A stretch of 54,010 nt of DNA, taken from assembly GCF_001194135.2 (NCBI RefSeq), contig NC_069000.1:34191534-34245543 (forward strand), read 5' to 3'. Positions 47,506-54,010 of the stretch are shown piece by piece; position 1 is the first letter of the stretch; each line of letters begins with the position of its first letter. A program made the position numbers and the translations under genes. The notes under the pieces were generated by a model, which ran no database searches, was not told the DNA's origin, and was given only the letters and a program-made list of their open reading frames with translations. The stretch is from Octopus bimaculoides. Lineage: Eukaryota.

Positions 47506-48919
47506 NNNNNNNNNNNNNNNNNNNNNNNNNNNNNNNNNNNNNNNNNNNNNNNNNNNNNNNNNNNNNNNNNNNNNNNNNNNNNNNNNNNNNNNNNNNNNNN
47601 NNNNNNNNNNNNNNNNNNNNNNNNNNNNNNNNNNNNNNNNNNNNNNNNNNNNNNNNNNNNNNNNNNNNNNNNNNNNNNNNNNNNNNNNNNNNNNNNNNNN
47701 NNNNNNNNNNNNNNNNNNNNNNNNNNNNNNNNNNNNNNNNNNNNNNNNNNNNNNNNNNNNNNNNNNNNNNNNNNNNNNNNNNNNNNNNNNNNNNNNNNNN
47801 NNNNNNNNNNNNNNNNNNNNNNNNNNNNNNNNNNNNNNNNNNNNNNNNNNNNNNNNNNNNNNNNNNNNNNNNNNNNNNNNNNNNNNNNNNNNNNNNNNNN
47901 NNNNNNNNNNNNNNNNNNNNNNNNNNNNNNNNNNNNNNNNNNNNNNNNNNNNNNNNNNNNNNNNNNNNNNNNNNNNNAATATTAGTTTCAAATTTAAGAA
48001 GAGGGGAAAGACACAGAGCTGGCAGAATCGTTAGTGCGCCGGGAAAAATTCGTAGATATTTTGTGCGTGTTTATATTTTATGTACAAATTCCATACTTTC
48101 GGGGTCGATAAAATAAGTGCCAATTGCGCAATGGGGTCAAGATAATGGACTTACCCCTTACTCCGAAACTTTAGGCCTTGTGCCAAAATTTGAAATTAAT
48201 ATTATTCAGGTTTTATCAGGCGAAGAGTTAGCAGAATCGTTAGTACACCGGCAAAAATGCTTAGCGACATTTGTCCCGTCTTTACGTTAGGAGTGCAAAT
48301 TCCGCCGAGGTCGTGATTACCTTTTATCCCTCTCAGGGTCAATGTAATCGACTTAACACCTACCCCGAAATTGCTGGACTAAATATTTTTTTATTGCTGG
48401 TCAAAATATAAAGGTAATACCATTCACGGTTTGTTGGTATCTAAAGGTCAGTTCCAAGTTGATAACAATAAAAAGCTTTTGTTGGCCATAGCTAATGAAA
48501 TACGCATGCGTTGAAAAGTATGTAAAGGCAAAATGAAAAAAATAATGCATAATATACATTACATAGAATGCATATATACGTATTCGGTTGTTGCTATTTT
48601 GGGTGAACATCTTGGCCAACAACCAAGAAGCCTGAAGGCACAATAGAAAAAGGTCTCGAACTCAGGTCTATGCTATCTATTCCATATATATATATGTGTG
48701 TGTATGTGTGTATAAGTATGTGCGCATGTGTGTATATGTATGTGTGTATGCATGTATGTATGTGTGGATGTGTGTGTATACATGTATGTATGCATACACA
48801 ATTCATACATGTAAATATAAACTTCATTAAAGTGGATCCATAATGGATTGAGAAATATCAAAGTGAAGCAAACCACAATTAATGGTCAGACAGAATGATG
48901 CAAACCAAACAGTTAAGTA

Positions 48920-49375
48920 ATCCATTATCATAATACACCACCAGATGTTTTAAGAATCTCAGCAGTGATTTCTGATGGGCTGGGGGTTTTCCTTGGCTTC
49001 ATATCCTTAATTGCTTTATCTACCAGGGTGCTGTCTATTCGGATAGCTGGTCCGTCTACTGGGTCAACATTTGGCAGGCTCTCTTCCTCCCATTCATTCT
49101 CCACGTTCAGCAGTCTTTCATAATGGCTTCTCCAAACCTTTTTCTTTTCCAAATCATTAAAAGCAAGTGCACCATCATCCATGCAGACACATTTCTCTCC
49201 TGTGAGATCACAATTTTCTCTTATACACTGTCTTGCAGTCCAAAATGCTTCAGTTCTTTGATCCTCACATCGATGGACATTGGTAAACTACTTTTCTGCT
49301 TCACCCTTGGCTATGTATACCTGTCGCCCAGCTTCCCTGCTGGCTATCTCGTACAGTTCCCTGCTACCGTACCCA
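48920..49375 (-). mobile_element. RTE-clade LINE internal fragment (between APE and RT)
   Basis: ORF 48928-49182: WRSHYERLLNVENEW..AIKDMKPRKTPSPSEITAEILK (cf. W..HYE.LLN..; AI..MK.GKAPGP..I.AE.LK). Confidence 0.8.
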
Positions 49376-50639
49376 GTCACTCCTTGACAACCGGTGTTGG
49401 CATGTTTATGTCCCCATAACTTAGAGGTTCAGCAAAAGTGGCCAATAGAATAAGTATCAGGCTTATAAAAAAAAAAAAGTACTGGGGTCAATTCATATGA
49501 CTTAAAATACTTCAAGGGGGTGCCCCAGCATGGACACAGTCTAAAGACTGAAACAAGTAAAAGATAAAAACTTTATGTCTTTCTTTATTGGAAAAAAGAT
49601 GGAAAGAAAAAGTAAGGAGGATTTTGAAAGCAAACTGGAGAGAGTTTGGTTAAGGAACAAGTAAAAAAAGAGATTAGACAAGAAGATTTAAAGAGATTAG
49701 AGAGACAAGAGTAAGGAAAGAGAGACAACAAAGGAAGATGGAAAGCGAGAGAGAGGGGGGGAGAAAGAGAGAGAGAGAGAGAATAGACAGAAAAATGGAA
49801 AGACAAGGATTAGAAAAAGGGAGATGCAGAGAGAGAGATGAAAGGAAGACGAAAATGAAGAAGAAAAAAACAAAAGATTAAGAAAACGGAAAAGAGAGAA
49901 TAAAAAGCAAGATAGAAAGATTACAAAGGAAAAGCGAAAAAGAGAGAAAGGAGGTTTAGAAATGAAAACAGGAAGAGAAATTTCAAAGACAGGAAGAAGA
50001 AAAGAGATTAGAACGAAAGAAAGGGAGAGAAATTAGTTAGGAAGACGGAAAGAGAAAGAAAAACTGGAAGAAGGAAAGCAGAGGAAAAACCTGATAAATA
50101 GTGATTGTTACATTAATAGTGTGGAGAGTATTTTGAAGCCCACAAGTTTTGCTGACCAATCGTTTACGGCAATAAAACAATAGCCGCCTACAAATTTCAA
50201 CAATAGCTATAGTAACAACAAAAGCTTTATCAATAGTCGTTATAATATTAACAACATCAACATCAACAGCAGTAGTAGTAGTAGTAGTAGCAGAAGCACA
50301 ACAGTTCTAATCTTTGCGAATAAACAAGAAATTAGCCATATCAACAAGAGCAAAAAGACAAGGAAAAAAAAAAAAAGAAAGAAAAAACGCCATAGCAACA
50401 ACTGTCAAACCTCCATCGTCGTTGTCATCATCATCATCACCATTATCACCATCATCAATAGTAATGACTATTAATGATGACCGTGGTGGTGGTCGTGAGT
50501 AATAATAACAAATTAGGCCAGCAACATCGTCGTCACTTTACGTGGTCGAACCAACAAGAAGTAGGAACGAAATCGCCCTCAGATTATACGCCACCGTCTT
50601 TCAAAAGAAAGGCTATTTTCGATATTCTTGTCTTAGATG

Positions 50640-51110
50640 CAGTATCTTTTATATTTTACTTGTTTCCGTCATTTGACAGCGGCCATGCTGGGGCACCGCC
50701 CTGGGGAATATTAGTCGAACGAATCGACCCCAGTGCTTTCTTTCTTTTTATAGCCTGGTACTTATTCTATTGGCCACTTTTGCCGAACTGCTAAGTTACG
50801 AGGACACTAATAACAGCAACGCTGGTTGGGGCAAACACAGACACAAAGACGAATACACATAGATGTTTGTAAATTTCAAGAAAAAACAATAATAATCCTT
50901 TTTCCTATAGGCAGAAAGCCTGAAATTTTGAGAAGAGGGCTAGTCGATTAAATCGACCCCAGTGTTCAACTGGTACTTATTTCATCGAACCCGAAGGGAT
51001 GAAAAGCAAAGTCGACCTCAGCAAAATTTGAACTCAGAGCATAAAGACGGACGAAATGCCGCTAAGCATTTTGTTCGGCAGGTTAAAGATTCTGCCAGCT
51101 CGTAGCTTTA
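50640..51110 (-). mobile_element. family-A 3' half (50640-50850) and family-B SINE (50890-51110)
   Basis: Direct similarity to the other copies in the window. Confidence 0.75.
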
Positions 51111-51206
51111 AAAATAATAATGATAATAATACTTTACTACTGTAGACACAAAGCCTGAAATTTTGGTAGAGAGGGCTTGTCGATTACATCGGCCCCAGTG
51201 CTTTAC

Positions 51207-51239
<33 letters not shown>

Positions 51240-51242
<3 letters not shown>

Positions 51243-51790
51243 CTTTTCTTTATTAAACCACCGATGGCTCATATAAAAGATTGGGTGCAGTACAAGACAA
51301 TACGAATCAAAAAGAGTGGGACTGAAGCGTGTAAAAACAAAATAATGAAAATTATAATAATTAATATCCCCAAAAGTAAGAGACTTGCAAGGGCTGCTCA
51401 TGGAAACCCTGCAAAAACAACGATCACCTCTAGGGCAAGTGCCGTTTCCTCATCATTTACACTCGATCTAGAGGCGCATGGTTAGAGTAGGTTCGTTCAC
51501 CCGGGCCATTCACGCTAGATTTACTTACCTTTTGACAGAATTATTGGGAAGCAACACTTCCTTCTCTTCCGACGCTTTCCTTTTCAAGTGAAACTTGAAA
51601 AAGTTGATGAGGACTTGGCCAAAGAGGAAAGTGTCTGTCTCCAGCCCTTTCAACCTGGTCCACCACACAGCCTCTTTCGTTAACACAACCAAACAAAGAA
51701 ACATTGCCCTTCCCGGCCTAAGGAAGGCGGTGGGATGGTCTTCACGATAGACTTAGCCGATAGCCGGATCCGTCTTACACGCGGCAGCAG
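51240..51790 (-). mobile_element. probable Tx1/L1-like LINE 3' end
   Basis: Minus frame MFLCLVVLTKEAVWWTRLKGLETDTFLFGQVLINFFKFHLKRK...EVLL...R*VNLA resembles L1/Tx1 ORF2 C-termini (..AK..IW..R......F...); the (AAT)n tract at 51208-51242 marks the 3' tail. Confidence 0.5.
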
Positions 51791-52130
51791 ATGTTCAACA
51801 TAAACCCACAAGTCAGCAAGACATATTGTATGAGGTGGTTTTACAGGATATCAACTAATCATTAGTTCGTTAAGTCAGGATTGACCTAGGTTAAACAGCA
51901 ACAAAGAAAACAAATCTGTTACCAATCACAATCGCCTCCACAGCTCTTAAAGATAAAAATTACAATCACAACAGCCACGCAATGTCTGACAAGATGAACA
52001 AACTAAATCGTTTATATGAAAAGGTTTAAAACTCTTCTCCAATTGGCGGCTGCAGTGATCCTTCATGCTACAGCCGTCAACACAAATATGAACAGAAACC
52101 AGAACAGAATACAATACCAACTCAAATGTC

Positions 52131-52592
52131 ATAGATTTTTATTTTTGGGAATTTTCAGAAAAGTTTTGCGAATTGGTGGTGTACTACATACGGGAATTCA
52201 TACGATTATGACAAAAAATTTTTTAAATTTCTCCAACCCCTCTCTACCAATAAATCCTAAAAGTTCCGCTCATTTTCGAAATTTTAAAAAAAATCAGAGT
52301 TTAAAATACGGACAGCACAAATTTCCAGCAACGGATTGCCCCTGGAGGCATTATCATTCCATTAAATGTATTTGCGGGAAGAAAAGTATTGAAAAACATC
52401 AATACGTGTCAGGGTGACAAAAGAAACAAGGTAAGTATCAGGTAGTCGTGAGATGTGCTAAAAAGAACAGGTAAATCGCCCTTAAATCACACATGGTTTT
52501 TTTGGGGGGGTGCATAATCGTATGAATTCCCGTATGTAGAACACAAATTCACAAAAATTTTCTGAAAATTCTAAAAAATAAAAATGTTATGA
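52131..52592. mobile_element. MITE-like element with ~80-bp inverted arms
   Basis: 52131-52210 (atagatttttatttttgggaattttcagaaaa...ctacatacgggaattcatacgattatg) is the reverse complement of 52513-52590. Confidence 0.75.
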
Positions 52593-54010
52593 GGGGTTAT
52601 ATGGAATGCTTAAACTAGAATTCCGCCGAGACATGTCATTGATGAGGTCGCAAATGGCGACAAAAGGACTTTGGTAAGCCTAGCTAATAGATTGAATGAC
52701 CGATTGAGTAATCAAGGAATCAATCAATTAATTGATTGAATGTTATAGACAAATAAATAAGAAGTGGAAAATAGAATAAGGGCATGTGTCTGTGTTTATT
52801 ATTGGTATAATGACCCTCCCGAGATGCAACAAAATACGTTTCAACACACAAGTTCATATCAAGAATCTTGCTCGCCAAGTACAAGAACGAAATATTTCTA
52901 AATAATTTGGTAAATGAAGACCTTTTTAGTATGCAATTAAATGCGTGAAAGAGTCGGTTAAACTCGAGACCATCGAGCTGGATAATTCCAATCACTTCGA
53001 TTCTCTGAGTAATAATAGTGGACATATTGGCAAAGGTTGTGGCCTTGAAATATATTTTAATATTTATTTGTCATCTGAAGGCAGCGAACTGGCAGAATAG
53101 TTATCGCACCGGGCAAAAATGTAAATAATGTACATAATTACTCATCTCTTAAATATAGAACTATATCGACCCTAGTTCTTATTGTTTAAGTCTGTTACTT
53201 ATTGTAACAGTCTCTTAGGCCGAACCGGTCAGTTACAAGGACGTAAACAAACCAACATCGGTTGTCAAGCCGATGAGAGGGAACACACACACACACACAC
53301 ACTATGAGAGGGAACACACACACACTATGTTTTCACACAGTTCCCATTTACCAAATTCTGCTGCGCAGTGGGACTGAACCTGAATCCACGTGATTGCTAA
53401 GCGAGCTTCTCAATTACACAGCTATGCCTGAGCCTATAAATTTTGTAAAATTAATGATTCCTTATTTATCTCAACACTGACGTCAACCCATATGTTCTTC
53501 CTTGTGAATCGACCGCAGAATTAGAAAGAAAAGAAAAAGAAAAAAATGTTTCCTTTCCTGCTTCACGTGGTCACTCGAGCAGCTAGAAATAGAAACAAAA
53601 CTTCCTCAAATCACCACCACGACCACATCATGCACATTTTAAAAATAAAAGGAAAACATTGGGCTAATCTAAGTCACGGATATACAAAAACAAAACAAGA
53701 GGATTTCACAATTTGAGAATCTTTGACCATAAATCTGTCTTACTCGATCACAGCTGACCTAGGACTAAACAAAAACAAAAATACTTGTACGTTGCATGAC
53801 TAGATCTCTACTCAAGTGTGTCCACACCGATTTTGTTTCCTAACTTTCAGAAAAATCAGTATTTTTTAATGAAATTTTCTACAAATAGCTTAGAATTGGC
53901 GAAGATTACAATGGTATCGGAATTTAATGTCAAAACAAAACAAAACAAAAAGTTAGGTGCGCACATGTACAAACTGATACACGCATAATTTTTTTTTTTT
54001 TTTTTTTTTT

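Noticed and set aside
52720-53025. 101-aa minus ORF and a plus-strand YAIKCVKE... exon-like frame
   Set aside because: No motif I can support; splice sites are weak; the kinase-like YAIK is too short to count.

Overview
AT-rich animal genomic DNA from a draft assembly with nine N-gaps and abundant (TA)n/(CA)n/(GATA)n/(ATT)n tracts. From the repeat families I recognise, the source is most likely an octopod cephalopod (inference). I found no prokaryotic features, CRISPR arrays or rRNA, and no host protein-coding exon I can name; most ORFs in the track are microsatellite or N-run artefacts. The window is an intronic/intergenic mosaic of tRNA-derived SINEs (three families, here A, B, C), decayed non-LTR retrotransposons (RTE/BovB-like, RTE-1-like, RLE-type, Tx1-like), a decayed Penelope-like element (PLE), Tc1/mariner remnants, MITEs and many foldbacks. 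The most striking signal is a recurring PLE-type architecture: outward-facing inverted duplications of 3' tails carrying minimal type-I hammerhead ribozyme motifs with palindromic helix III. The catalytic core is complete at 14601-14704(-) and 26057-26102(-); more decayed copies lie at 14957, 20511 and 28623/28688. The 26057 motif sits in a small non-coding element with a tRNA-like Pol III head, a candidate Penelope-mobilised, ribozyme-bearing SINE. All alignments and folds were done by eye and need computational confirmation.
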